Below the pieces are notes generated by a model. It did not search any database. It was not told the DNA's origin and saw nothing but the letters and a program-made list of their open reading frames with translations. Shown here one piece after another: positions 37,931 through 52,332 of a stretch of 64,000 bases of DNA (positions are counted from its first letter, which is position 1; the number at the start of each line of letters is the position of its first letter). Origin of the DNA: Octopus vulgaris (lineage: Eukaryota). The stretch lies in contig OX597814.1 in the NCBI GenBank assembly GCA_951406725.2, positions 38,502,001 through 38,566,000 of the forward strand, in the 5' to 3' direction. A program made the position numbers and the translations under genes.

Positions 37931-39567
37931 AAAACATTTCAGTCACACACGCCTCGCGTTTCTTTCACGGTTCAGTTTATACCGTATGATCAGAAACCTT
38001 ACATATGGATGTATGTCTACTTAGTAAATATTGTTATCAATTAACTTTACTTATCTTGTTTTCTAAATATTTAATATTTAACTAAAAAGGGCCAAACTTA
38101 TAATACATATTTCTTCTGGTATCGGAGAGGAAGTGATGCATTTCAAAGATCTTTTCTTGCGTCACATTTTCAAATTTAAGTTAATTTCTCTTTCAAGACA
38201 TAAATGCATAACAACTAAAATCATTGGATCCTTATCGGATATATTTTAATAACTTTCATCAGTTTAATTTTTATATTGACCTGACGTTGCAAATATATTT
38301 TCCCCTAGCGGATTTGTGATTCTTGATGCTTTTAACCATTTCGTAAAAGGTTAGTTCTCATTGAACATAAATACATGTAGTGAAACCTGACATATTCACG
38401 ACCCTAATGGCATACAGAAAACATACAGGCATACAGGAAACCGAACATCTTTTTGGAAAATGTAAATTCAAAAAGATCTGTCAAAATTTCCTGAGATATA
38501 TGGCTGCTTTTTCCAAGGTACAGCAACCATTCGAAGGCTGCATATTCTGCCACATTGGCATGCACGAGTTGTATAAGCAATTCGTAATTTACTACTTATT
38601 CTGTAACATACCTGTTACAGAATAAAATCAAGTCGTTATCTAACATACTAAGATGGCTGATTTAACGCTCTGCCTTAAATTTTGCATTGGTGCCTTACAT
38701 TTTATTTTTGTGTGAAAATAAGACGTCTCAACTCATCTACGTTTTATTACTATATAATGCCTGAATAGATTTCGCGAAACAAATAAAAGAAAATATTCTG
38801 TAGACATCAATACTAATGTTTTTAGTATCTTCAGAGGTCGACTTTCCATCTCAACCGTATTTTCTGTGATTCTGTCTATTGATGTGCTAAATCAATATGC
38901 GGAAATGTGTTATTGATATGTGCTTTCTAATTGATAAGCATTTTAGAGTCTAAACTTCATATTATTCCAATAATAGTATACATAATATACTCTTGTACTA
39001 TATTTTCTTTACATTTTCTTCAGCTAAATACTTCCAGTTGCATTTGAAACTGCTTTGGGTTATATTTCGTTTGGTTATTGAAAATGGTTTCAAATAAAGT
39101 CAAGTGTTTTTACATTTCGATATTATGTGGGGGGTTGTTAAGTATTCTTGGTCAGACATTATTTTGATTGTTCATTTCTCTTAAAATGATTGCCTTAAGC
39201 CTATATCTAGCATCGATATTGCATAAGTGTTACTGTCAGCGTTATTGGGAAGCGATGTCACCGGCGAATCTAAGGAATCACAAACACCTAGAAGAGAATT
39301 CTTGCAGAAACTATTAATATACAACCAGATATGTTCATTGTATGTTATTTGAAGCATTCAGAACTGTGTGTAAATAAGAAATACTTTGTGGCTAATGATA
39401 TTGGCTTGTATAGTTATCTTGATACTGAAGAGAATATTGGGCAAATTATCCGTAGCACTGGCACGTGTTGAGTCACATCATGCCAAAGAAATCAACAAGG
39501 CATCTATATATGCATGCACGATTGCGTATGTACAAACACATACACACACACAATATATATATAGTAG

Positions 39568-39646
39568 ATAACTTCTGAAGAGGACGCTTGAGCCTAGGTT
39601 TGTAAAGACTCATGCTAAGGTTTCGCGAAAAGCATACGTCAGTTAT
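39568..39646 (+). ncRNA. Degenerate type I hammerhead ribozyme-like motif (Penelope-associated)
   Basis: Stem I ATAACT/AGTTAT encloses CTGAAGA (39575-81), an imperfect long stem II, GAAA (39627-30), a decayed stem III, and GTC (39638-40). Confidence 0.45.
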
Positions 39647-39829
39647 TTTTCAAAGAGAACCTTGTGGAGTGCATGGTTGTTGAAAGCCATTTATTCTACC
39701 TTGCTGAACGTGATGAGTATATGGGAAATGTCACATTTATAATGCTCACACTTTTTTCGCCATTATCAACTTCATAATCACTTGCAAATTTCCCCTCCTT
39801 CCCGTAGTGGTCTTCATCTTTTGTTTTCT

Positions 39830-40100
39830 AACCCCGCTTCATTTTTACAGAACAACATTCACTAAAAAGTGTCCCTCTTCGTAAACAATATAGTCTTGAT
39901 TAATGAAAATTTCAGAAACAGATCTTAACTAATGTTAATGCGAACCATCTTGCCAAGCCTACATCTATCACATATATTCACCATACTTAATATCTATAGT
40001 ACTTGCACATCTTTCACCAACTACGTGGAAGATATCCACATGCTTACAATCTCACGGAACGACGAAGTTAATATGTTTTAAAACTTCTACGTCTTTGAAG
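39830..40100 (+). mobile_element. Possible Penelope-like RT remnants
   Basis: FIFTEQHSLKSVP (cf. FT.E.S...PFLD) and FTNYVEDIHM (cf. RYVDDIF), just downstream of the hammerhead-like motif. Confidence 0.3.
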
Positions 40101-41291
40101 TGTATCTGATTTATTTCCGAAGTCAAACAGAAATGGGGCAACAAATTTCTCCCTCTCTCTTTTCGTCTCCCTCTCTCGCTTCTGAATTTCAGTCTAAAGA
40201 TTAGATGCGGGTATCCATGTATAGGTCAGTTATAACTACCCATTGAAATAAGTCCCATATCTTCTACTAGGAGCCCGCGTATCTCGCCCATGTCAAGGCA
40301 GTGTACGTACAATACGAAATTTCTCTGAAACGCAATAGGCGGAGTGAAGCGGTATATAAATATGTAGCTGTTAAAAATAAACTATTCCAAAATGTTTTAT
40401 TAGATAATGGCAACCTAACATAAGTAATTAATTCTACCACATATAACACGTATTAAGATAACATGTTTTAATTGAGAACGGCGTTCTGCTAAAGAGAAAT
40501 GTTTCTTCTTGAGACATTTGCGAATATAATTATACTATATATTATGTAATATAAAGTGATTCTTTACAGGGTTTATAATTTGAATTTACCGATCAACGTT
40601 GGATAAGTATTTAATAATAATGCAAACACGTCGTATACTTTTGGCTTTGGTGATACTTTTCGTTTAAATGCTTCACACTTCTCAGTAATTAATATTTCAA
40701 ACACTTTTATCAAATAATCAAAAACATATTCAATATTATTCCGAATACAATATTTCACATACTCGTAGCTAGGAGATAAAATAAATGGATTAAATGCTGA
40801 CAACATTCTAATAATTTTCTATTAATTTTCTATTGAATACAGGAGGTATAAATTAACAAATGGGAAATACTCTCCCATAGTCTTAGGATGAATATTATTT
40901 TAACCTTTTCTTTTTCTAAAATTTGTCCATTAATGCACTTTATTCTTGATGTAAATTATTCCAAGGGCGCATGAATAGACTGCTGACATTATTAACGTTA
41001 AGTATGTTAATATCTTAATTGATGTTTTCCATTAAATGCTACACCTAGACATTTAGCCTTTCTCTATTTAGAAAATTTTCCTCATATACTTTATGACACA
41101 TATTTTTAATAAAATGTTGTTTATTAACTTATATATATATATACATGCACACACACATATAATCCTATTAACGTAAGTATAAAGATACCCATTATTGCTA
41201 CTACAGAAGAATGCAAAGTGAAATTTATGAAACATTCGATGGGTAGTACTCTATACGCACATACATGTATATACATATATACATATGTATG

Positions 41292-41347
<56 letters not shown>

Positions 41348-41352
41348 CACAG

Positions 41353-41383
<31 letters not shown>

Positions 41384-42051
41384 ATACACATACACATATA
41401 CATATAACTCGTATATTAATGCAATATGTATCTAGGCTTATATACAGAAAAAGAAAGGAAAATACAATGTGGGAGGGGAAGATAGAGAGAAAGGAAAACA
41501 ATCGGGGTAGTTCATTTATATACTATATACTCGCAACATCTCATAGGGGTTTCATTCGCCATGAATAAATATCCGTTACATATACATGACCTTCTTAGAC
41601 GATTTTATGGCTAAATTTTCAACTCTTCGGTAACTTCCATGGGCAATCTGTTCTATTTACGCCGGATTGTCTTATACCGACAAATTCGATTAAACAACCC
41701 ATAGGTTCCATCATTCATCAGCCGAGATAACCTTTTCAAAAGCAAATTTTGAAATAATAAGATTTCATTAGCTTTAAATACTTAATTTAAATGTCCGAGG
41801 AGAGGCTTCACGTTCTCTGTCATTGTTCCAAATACCTTTCAAGAGACACTAATTCAGGATTTAGTAAGTCATGTATTTTAGTATTTATTGAAAGATCACA
41901 TGGTTATTTTCGTAACATATGTTTTAGAAATATAATGTGAATATTTATAGTTTAGAAGTATTATTCAGTGAGAAATCGAAGTAATTCTGAAGTGAAGCAT
42001 AAAAGCGAAGATGTTATGTAATTGAAGGAAACTGAATTATAATGTTATATA

Positions 42052-42630
42052 TTTATTTATTGCCCACAGGAGGCTAAACATAAAGGAAATAAACAATGAC
42101 AGACAAAGGGATTAAGTCGATCACATCGACTCCTCTGAAATTTAATCGACCCCGAAAGGATGAAAGGCAAAGTTAACCCTGGCCGAATTTGAACTCAGAA
42201 CGTAACGGCAGACAAAATACCTATTTCTTTACTAACCACAAGGGGCTAAACACAGACAGGACAAACAAGGACAGACAAACGGATTAAGTCGATTACATCG
42301 AGCCCAGTGCGTAACTAGTACTTATTTAATCGACTCCGAAAGGATGAAAAGCAAAGTCGACTTCGGCCGAATCTGAACTCAGAATGTAGCGGCAGACGAA
42401 ATACCTATTTCTTTACTAACCACAAGGGGCTAAACAGAGAGAGGACAAACAAGGACAGACAAACGGATTAGGTCGATTACATCGAGCCTAGTACGTAACT
42501 GGTATTTATTTAATCTACCTCGAAAGGCAAAGTTAAACTCGGCGGAATTTGAACGCAGAACATAAAGACTGACGAAATACCTCAAAGCATTTCGCCCCGC
42601 GTGGTAACGTTTTTGCCTGCTCGCCGCCCT
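42052..42630 (-). mobile_element. SINE family A, trimeric
   Basis: Three tandem modules of about 170-185 bp joined at ...AAATACCTATTTCTTTACT; a single head at 42590-42630. Confidence 0.92.
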
Positions 42631-42966
42631 CTGAATTATAATGATATCATTTGATTTATTGAGAGTTCATTTCTTTCTTTCTTCCTTTCTCATGTGCCTG
42701 CCAGTGAGTGAGAGAGAGAAAGAAAAAGAGAGAGAATGGAGAGAGAAAGAGAGAGAGAGAAGGAAAAAGAAATCGAAAGAGAGAGATAGAGAGAGAGAGA
42801 GAGAAAGAGTGAGTGGAGGAAACCATCTAAAAATTTTGCAGCTTTAAATGTTTTTTTTTCCAGGGTGACATATATCATGAATGCTACAAAATAGACGTGG
42901 AAATAAAATTAATATTCTTTAAAATACGAAACGGGAAGCATAGCTATGCTAATACATTTATATAAA

Positions 42967-44206
42967 TATTTAGTTGACAAGAAACTAATTGCTTTCTTCG
43001 CAAATATATAGAATTACGATTTGCTTAATGACATTTGTCATTATTATGTTCTTTACCTTTTGACTTTTGCTAGCCGTTAGTTTTACTTTACTTTAGAAGC
43101 AAATTGCGCTTAATATTGTTTACAGCATGGAGAAAATTGCGCTTAATTTTGTTTATAACAAGGAGTGCAAAAACGACCTCTTTCGATTTATTTTGCTTTT
43201 TTTTTATTTCCGTAAAAGGAAGAAGGCTGTTGAGGCTCACAAAGAGATATGAGAAGTATTGATTGCTTAACAGAATTAATATGTAAGAATGTTTTTAAAA
43301 ATTCCGTTCTGGAGATTTTAGTCTCGAAGATAACTATCGTTCTGGTCGACCTACTGACTGTGATGATGACCGAACCAAAGCTATAATTGAAGCTCATTGT
43401 TATATAACTGTGCGAGAGATTGCAGTGAGGTTAGATGCATCACACACAAAGACAGAAAATCTCTTAAAATATCTTTGACTCGTTAAGAAACCCGATATTT
43501 TGCTTCCACATACCTTGAGATTCCCTTAACACAACGAATCAATATTTGTGATATGCATCTCAAACAATGAAATCGACACATTTTTCTTAAACGAATCATC
43601 ACTTGTGATGAAAAATGGATTGTCTACAATAACGTCAAACGAAAAGGATCATGATCCAAGCGAAATGAACCAGCACAAACCATAACGAAATAGATGAAAT
43701 ACATTAAAAAATGCTTATGGTGTCAATTTGGTGGGATTACAAAACTATTTTGTATTTTGAGCTGCTTCCAAAGAACCAAATGTGAAATCAGATGCTTACG
43801 GTCAACAACTAATGAAACTGGAGGAAGCAAACAAAGAATAACATCCAGAATTGTGTTCCACCATGACAACGCTAGACATGCGTATTTCATAACTCGTACA
43901 AAATTATTGGTGCTTGGGTGGGACGTGTGTCACATGCAGCGTATAGCCCTTAACTTACACCATCAGATTACCCTTTATTTATAACTTTGCAAAATTGTTT
44001 GAATGGTAAAATGCTCAATAATGATTATGACCTGAAATCGTACTTGTTTTAATTTCTTTGGCTGATAAGTACCTGAGCGCTGAATCCTGGCGTTGCCAGA
44101 AAAATGGCAAAAGCTCATTCAACATGATGAAAGTTAATTTTGTGTATGATAAACAAATGACATCTTCACACTAAAATTCCGAAATTACTTTCTTGCCAAC
44201 GCAATA
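42967..44206 (+). mobile_element. Full-length decayed mariner (Tc1/mariner) DNA transposon with pseudogenised transposase
   Basis: Imperfect TIRs TATTTAGTTGACAAGAAACTAATT (42967) and AATTACTTTCTTGCCAACGCAATA (ends 44206) with terminal TA; length about 1.24 kb; remnants FLKRIITCDEKWIVYNNVKRK, FHHDNARH and a frameshifted YSP...PSDY; multiple stops. Confidence 0.92.
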
Positions 44207-45959
44207 TATTTATTGCAGAATTTATCTTGGAATACCGTAATTAAATTTTCTTTCTTTATGTTTCAGTAATATGAACAAGAAAAATATTGCACTGCCAATA
44301 TTGCTTTACCTAAAAAGAACAGTAAAATACAACAAGAAATCTATTTGAAGGTAAGATATATATATATATTTTTAAATAATTGGAATAGAAAAGAATTTTG
44401 AAAACCGAAATAAGTACTGTATATATTTCAGTGACGGTATTCCTCCGTATTATTTTATTTTTCAGTGGATATGGAATAGGTAATTGTTTCGAAACCGCCA
44501 TCACATATTTATCTTTTGTCAAAAAGTGTTACTTCCTATACACATGTATCTAGAAATAAAAGGAAATGAATACTATTCCCTTGAAATTATAGTTTACGAT
44601 CTCCTGATTAATATTTCCTGATAACCAACAATAATTTGAATTGTAGCATAAACCTTTTGAAAGCATGATAGGGTTATTATGTGCTATAAAATGCATGAGA
44701 TATTGTGTTCAGTAATTCATTTCATTTAATATATTTATATTGATAAATGAGTGTAACCCATATGCAGAATTATTACAGCATCAGATAAATTATTTTCCTA
44801 TGTTGCGTTTGCGCCATTGCGTTATAAATTTAATTCTTGGTAAATTTGAAGCCGACAAAATAAGCTACAAGTTATAGCTTTGTTACAACACTGTCTAACA
44901 CGATTTCTGTCCTTGCGTAGCAACTGTTATTTCCTAATTGCTTAACCCTATAATATATGAAAAATGGGTAATATTTACTTGAAACTTTGGTCTTGTTGCA
45001 TTTATTGAAACTCCAAATAATTCCTCTCAGCATGTGCCTTTAAATCTCCCCAACTTCTACTCATGAACTCATGATCTGAGATGCACAGTATAGTCGGTCG
45101 TTCTTTTCCTTCATACATTTTCAAAAACAGAATAGTACATTAAAATAGCAAATAATGTTTCAGAAAGCCAAATATGTTGGGGAAACCATCTTTTTCCTAT
45201 CAATATATGTCATTTTATATATAACCAAGGAAACCTTAAAAATCAATCTTCATGATATTAAATAAGCATTCATTCTATTAAGCAATGAAAGAAACAGCAT
45301 ATAAAGTAATCTATGGCAAACATAAAGAGGGATAGGATGTCCATGGTGAATAAATAGCATCATATGATTTAAGAAATTGGGGATAATAGTAACGACAATC
45401 ATGTCGTTTTGTTTTTAAGGAACATATTTATATGTCACAGACAGTGATATTTCACGCTATTCATAATAACTAAATAGTAAATAACAAGTATATAATCTAT
45501 ACAGTACAATAGTCCTATACTCGACATGATACAGCTTAAGATAATCGCTTCTCACTACTGAAAAGTAGCAGTAATATGTGTTCTTAATTTGACAGAAAAC
45601 ATGTGACTGATCTTCGTGAAACCAATGTCATATAATAGAATTCCCTGTTAATTTAAGTGACATGTCCAAATTTCTATAATTGAATGTCTAACATTCAAAC
45701 AACTGCCGTGTTTTGTACTAGATCTAAGCAGAGTTATATACTAGCGTTTGTGCTTTGAGTTAAAACAAAAAGAGGCGATCAAGTCAAAACATCTATACTG
45801 CGTAGAATGTTCCCTATAACAAGCATAAGTGGCTCAATAACTGTCAGTAGACTTCTATTTCAGAATAAAGGCATACGTAATTATTTAATATATATATTGT
45901 TTGTATGCATATATTACGTTATATTATGGAAACCGACAGTATCAACCCTGATTTTTCTG

Positions 45960-46169
45960 TTTTTATTTCATCTTAGTTCATTCGTTAGACTGCGGGCATG
46001 CTAGGGTGCCGCCTTTAATTTTTCTTTCGAACAAATCGACCCCAGTACATATACCCATTTTATTCCTTCGACAATTTCTTTCGGTCACTTGCGCCGAAAC
46101 TGCTAAGTTACGGATACGAAAACATATTAACGCCGGTTCACAAATGGTCGGAGGGAATGGCACAGACAT

Positions 46170-46261
<92 letters not shown>

Positions 46262-46405
46262 AGCGCTCCTTTCAGACTCCATCTGTCTCATCTATTCATA
46301 AGCAATTTGTCAGCCCGTGGTTATAGCAGAAGACACTTAGGGAAGATGCCACGCTGTAGGAGTGAACACAGGAGCGTTCATACCTCACACCCATTCCTGC
46401 CCTAT
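45960..46405 (-). mobile_element. Degenerate SINE family B copy
   Basis: Diverged match to 25061-25465 (CTGCGGGCATGCTAGGGTGCCGCCTT...ATAGCAGAAGACACTT...CCTGCCCTATA). Confidence 0.8.
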
Positions 46406-46454
46406 ACACATTATATACTTAACTATTGTACAACATATGCATAGCTTCAAACAT

Positions 46455-46697
46455 TAACACACGAGTAAATGTTTCAATGGCATATGTGTTCCCCAGCTGG
46501 ACGGGACGCCAGTCCATCGCATCATAACTCATTTTTGCCAGCTGAGTGGACTGAAGTGTTTTGTGAAATGAAGTGTTTTGCAACATGAAATGAAGTGTTT
46601 TGCTCAAGAACACAACACGTATCCCTGTCCAGGAATCGAAACCACAATCTTACGATCATGATGCTGACACCCTAACCACTAAGCCACGCGTCTCCAC
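46455..46697 (-). mobile_element. SINE family C copy
   Basis: Reverse complement GTGGAGACGCGTGGCTTAGTGGTTAG (A box)...GTTTCGATTCC (B-box-like)...GTGTTCTTGAGCAAAACACTTCATTTCA...CCACTCAGCTG. Confidence 0.85.
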
Positions 46698-46781
46698 ACG
46701 TACGTACATACATATAAATCTACATACATGTGTGTATGCCTATACATGTATATCTAACTCTATCTCTTTCTCTCTCTCTCT

Positions 46782-46891
<110 letters not shown>

Positions 46892-48438
46892 GTATATATA
46901 AATTGCTAGTTAGCTAGGTAATTTACCTTAAAGAAACGCCTTTTTGTCATCGGAATGTCCATTGTTATTCTCATCTATTAAGTATACTTGAATAAGAGCC
47001 AATAACTAATATTATCATCTTTGATACTATGTCGGCAAGAAATATGTTGCTGAGGGCAATGTTAGACAAAGAGATTCGGTTGTATATTTTAAATAAATGA
47101 TTACTTCCGTTCAGTTATATAACTTCTAAATATAAAATTCAGTAAACCACTGGAAAATACAGATACATGGGACTGTCATATGCACAGAGACTATTCCACC
47201 ACTCATGCCAGTTTAAAAGGAAGAAATGCACCCATAATGACAGTTAATAAGTTGCTGGAAGGGGAATAATTATCGTTACTTCATTTCATTTGCTGGGCTA
47301 TTATGATGAAAATATATCATATTTACTTTTCAAATCAGACTGTTCAAAACCTTAATGATGCTATGTGCCAAAAACGATTCAAGTTTAAAGCAAAGTATGA
47401 TACCGGGTAATAATTACTGATTATTTATATACGAATTAGATGAAAGTAAGTGCTCTGACACTTCATATTGAAATGGCCAATTTTACACACAAAACAGAAA
47501 TAATTCAATTGATGTGAGTTGAGCGACATTATATCACATTTCTATCTCCATTAATACCTGATACATCACAGAGTTCACAGCAATTCAATATTAAATTGAC
47601 TATTAAAATTTGTTTACTATTTTAAGTAAATTATTTATCTGCATAAATTTATTCGACGCTTCTTTAATTCCAGAACCATAACCATTGTATTTATATCTAA
47701 ATTTGAGTCGCTCTGTAATCAATCGATAAACAGTTGCTTTGCAAACACAGAACAGCGGTTCGCGACGTTACCTTATGTTTCTTCTATCTGTCTTTAATTT
47801 GTATCCGCGTCTTCATTGTCATTTACAATCAAATAAAATCGTTTAATCTATATCAATAGCAATTCACAGAGAAAGCAATTGATCCAGTGTATTTCATATT
47901 TTAGCATAAATCAAATTTCTGTTACAATTGGAAGTATATCTTATGAATAATTGTTTCGTTTATCGTTGACGTATACATATCAACAAGTAACCGTTACATA
48001 TGAGTGCCCTTAAATATAATGAAACAAGTAATAATAATAGGATGATGATTATTGAGCCAAAATAACTGTACCTCACCAACAAATAAATTCATAATTACTC
48101 ATAACTAGGTAAAAGAATGCATTTGAAATAACAGTACTAATATGTTGTGGCGGAGACCAACAGGCGATTAGTGGGCTGGTCAACTATTAATATATAGCGG
48201 TCTGACACAGTCCCATAGAGACGACGAAATACGTCGTCCTCATGGTACATATCAGAATCAAACAGATTATTTTATGTGATAGTTGTCTCTGTCGTTTGAA
48301 TGCAGCACGTTTTGTTTTTAAACGTAAACGCACCAGCACCAGTTGACAAGCGGTTTGCGTGAGTGGGCCCGACAAGCATTGACACAAAGACACAGACATA
48401 GACATACACACACACACACACACAGACACACACACACA

Positions 48439-48510
<72 letters not shown>

Positions 48511-48610
48511 TATATCAGTATGTAAGTATATCTATCTTTATATATATTTATATGTATGTGTGTATGTATATATACACATACACACACACACACACACATA
48601 TATATATGTT

Positions 48611-48645
<35 letters not shown>

Positions 48646-50379
48646 CGCATATATTTATGCATGTTTAAATCTCCCTCCTTGTGATTCGTATGTATAACAA
48701 AATGTATAACCTCCTAGCCAATGGTTATACATTTTGACGCTCCTAACAACGCCGGTTGAACGATTCCGCCATGGTCTCAATCCCATAAAGGTATCCATAA
48801 TGTAGCTGAAGACGCAATATATACGTTTGATAATCTTGTTTACGTGTGTGTGCATGTTTGTATATGAATGCATGAGATGTGTTGTGTGTGTTCTTGTATG
48901 ATATATATATGTGAGGGCTTGTGTGTGTGTGCAAATTGCTTGATTGCAAAATGTGCCCAATATATGGCTTACAGTGAACACTTATGCAGTACTCCACAAT
49001 AAGAAAATCGATCTCTCATATTATTCAAACCAATCATCATATGATTATCTGTTGGTAATCCGGACATACCCTTCTTAGTCTAGCTAGCACATTTACAGGA
49101 TATATAATACGTGTTGTCTGCAGCGTGATTTTTCTCATTCAATGTGGCTTAATATTACCTGTCTATATTCAGTATACGCTGCTATGTCCGACTCCTAAAT
49201 AAATAAAACCGAATGGGAAAATAGACACGGATAAACTTCTAATCTCTTCAAATCCTAACTGTCTTCAATTACATATTCAAAGAACGTTGGGTAATTACCT
49301 CTATTTTGTTTCCTGAATCGTGTGGAACATATGATCGAAAAACCGCAGTCACTGGGCATTCAAAATTCCCGTTTACCCTCAACAGGCAAACGATTGCCAA
49401 AATACTTTCCTTTTGAAGCCATTTTCCAATTATTTTTATATTTTTTATCTCATATCTGAAACTATGGGAGGCAAAAGATCACACAAAAATATAAATAGAA
49501 TAGAGACAAATCAATCGGTTATTGAATATATGCAACACTAAATAAATGCATCAAATGACTCTTTTGCCTCTCACCCATTCTTACAGTATTTCATATTGAT
49601 ATGTATGTGCATATACAGACGTATATTTGTTTGCATGTGTGTGACTATGTATATGCGTGTAAAAAATATAAGTACACACACGTAGAGACCACACGCTTGC
49701 GAACACACATGTATATACATGTATATAACTACTAACGTATGTTACGAATCATATATATCATGTAAGGACATGTGCACCCACATTTTATACCAATTCCTCT
49801 ATACAAAACATATTTTAAAACTTAAGATTTCCTATCTATATCTACTTTAATTAAATTTCGTGCATTTATTGTTAAATAAACTAACGACGACTGAAACATT
49901 GAAATTACATTGCAAACAACTTCCCTCCATTCGAGAACATCCTCTCATACTTCCTGTTTATGTCTTTCGTTTTAAAAGAGTCTCATAACCCAGTCAATCT
50001 CACAAAAGCAATTTCAACTTAACGTCTGATACCAAAAGAACAAACTAAACAATTATCAAATATCACTTATTTATAACATGGCAATTTACATTTTAACTTT
50101 TTAATATAGTTAAATATCTTAATTCATGATATTGTGCACATATTTCGATCTTATCCAAACATGTTTGTTAAAATTGTCACTAAACTTTTAATTTTTTTCA
50201 TCTTCCTTTAGAATATTTGTTTCGAAAATTCTTCCCTACAAATGTAGTGAACCAAACGACTAAAATGTCTTATATATGCAACAAAAACGCGTATGCTATA
50301 CATACACACTGACGCATGCACACACACACACACGCACAAATATACATACATACACCCGAAGCGGTATATCTACCTATCT

Positions 50380-51280
50380 AGGGGTTGCTGTGAGGTAAGT
50401 AATTTGCTTCTGCGAATGCGTCGGGTTATTTGCTGTGTTGAGTTTTGACGAGACGGACAGCATTTTTTTAGCTACTCGCCAGCGGTTTGTTGGTGAGTGT
50501 TGTACTAGTGGAAAAGAATGTATTCAGACCTTAGCGAGTATGAACTATCCTCATCAGAGGAGGAGCACGTTAAGGCGGTAAACAGAATGGACGAGCATTT
50601 GGAAAGGGTAAAAATTTTGGTGAGGCGACAGAGGCCAAGAAAAAGGAAGTAGACCTAACCGGACTGAAGGAGCTGAGTAAGATGACACAGAAGGTGGGAA
50701 GTGATGTAAACTTATTACTCCCGAAAATCGTTATGGTAATTATGGAAAAGAACACTATTACCTACAAGGTGCACTCAGTGGAGTGTAGGAAGGTGGAGCG
50801 GATGGGGATGGAAAAAGTAGAAAAAGCTCTGAAGGGGCTTTCGAAGGAAGTAAGATATATAGCAAATGGAAGCGTATATGGGACGGTGGTTTTCCAGTTT
50901 AGGAAAGAAGATGGATGCAAAGAGACTGGCAGGTACAACTGTAAAAACTGAGGAACTAGTACTTCTACCCACCTATCTTGGAAGGAAGACTTCTAAGGTG
51001 AGTGTAGAAGGAATTCCACCGGACATAGAATTGGCTTGGGTTGCGGCAGCCGTTCTCGTTGGAAGTGAGGAGGAGGTGACTGTCCTCCAAGCCACAGAGA
51101 CGGAGGAAAGAGGTTATAAAGGAAAAATACTGGATACGATCATACAAGCGGAGGCGAAGGAGCTGGAAAATTTGGCGGTAACGTTGACGATGGGAGAAAT
51201 AGTATTGAGAGTATGGGTAGGGGGCACAATTCCGCGATGCTTTAAATGTGGCCAAAAAGGCCACATTAGAGCACGCTACT
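50380..51280 (+). mobile_element. Gag-like ORF1 remnant of an L1/Tx1-type non-LTR retrotransposon
   Basis: Frameshifted ORFs 50682-51339 with RRM-like remnants (KVSVEGIPPDI) and zinc knuckle CFKCGQKGHIRARY (CX2CX4HX4C with last Cys lost). Confidence 0.7.
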
Positions 51281-52247
51281 TTAACATCTTAACATGTTTT
51301 TTAAAGCACACAATTGAGGTTATAAACCACTACCAATAATACAATAAGATGAGGTTTCAAACCCTCTAACGAGGTATTCACCACTTACTCATCGATATAT
51401 TCATCATTATCTTCAATGCCACTTGAGTTCCTGTACCCCGCCGTTTCCCATGCCTCACTCATGTAGGACATGTAAATTGTGTAAGGGCCAAATTCGTTAA
51501 GCCTTTCCCACAATGAAAACCTTATGACCCCCACAGCTATTGTAACCCCTTTCATACAATATTCATTTGTTTAACATGGGGTACACGTACAGGAAACAAA
51601 CCTTTATCAAATAATCAGGAACACATTTATCACGAGAAATAGCAATCATTTTACAGATAGACTCCAAAATAGTTGCTCATTGTTTAGGATATTATACATT
51701 CAGTATACGTAAACAAAGGAAGTATGAAGTCATGCCATAGGAAAGTCGAAAAATATAAGAAATGAAGAATAAATGGTAAAAAAAAAATGTATTTAAAATA
51801 GGTGTATAAATTGCATAGCATCCTTCCTAAAAATTTTGTATTTTCTCTCTCATCTATTTGCCCACTCTCTGTCCCTTTTTCTTATTAGGTGGGCATTGCT
51901 TAAATCCCTCTGAACTGAAAATTATAATGAAATAAATTTCTCAATGCGTTATGGATTTTTTCCGTGATATTGTTTCTTATCCGTGATATTGTTTCGTCTA
52001 CAATATTATTTATTTTATTTTTCTGAATTCGAGACCCAGTTCCTATTCTTAATATTTGAATTTTGTAAGAAACAGAGCGTCGCAATATAATTTTCTATAA
52101 ATGGTTTTATTCATTTTCGTGATATATAGTTATGCATAATGTTTGTACAGAAACAGATATATTCATGCACATATGTGAATGCATATAAATGCGTATTCCA
52201 TTTTAGTTTTGTGAACTCATTTGCATATATCTGTTAGTAGAATGCGC

Positions 52248-52332
<85 letters not shown>

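Noticed and set aside
38380-38625. 81-aa ORF and protein-like antisense frame
   Set aside because: No recognisable motif or consistent splice sites.
40320-40365. CAAT / GGCGG / TATATAAA promoter-like cluster
   Set aside because: Such motifs are common by chance in AT-rich DNA; no downstream gene evidence.
42052-42630. Regularly spaced repeats resembling a CRISPR array
   Set aside because: Whole modules of about 180 bp are repeated with no unique spacers; eukaryotic SINE multimer, no cas genes.
46600-46697. tRNA gene-like A/B boxes (also 1-92, 10415-10485, 57810-57880)
   Set aside because: No full cloverleaf evident, and most continue into SINE body sequence; these are SINE heads rather than tRNA genes.
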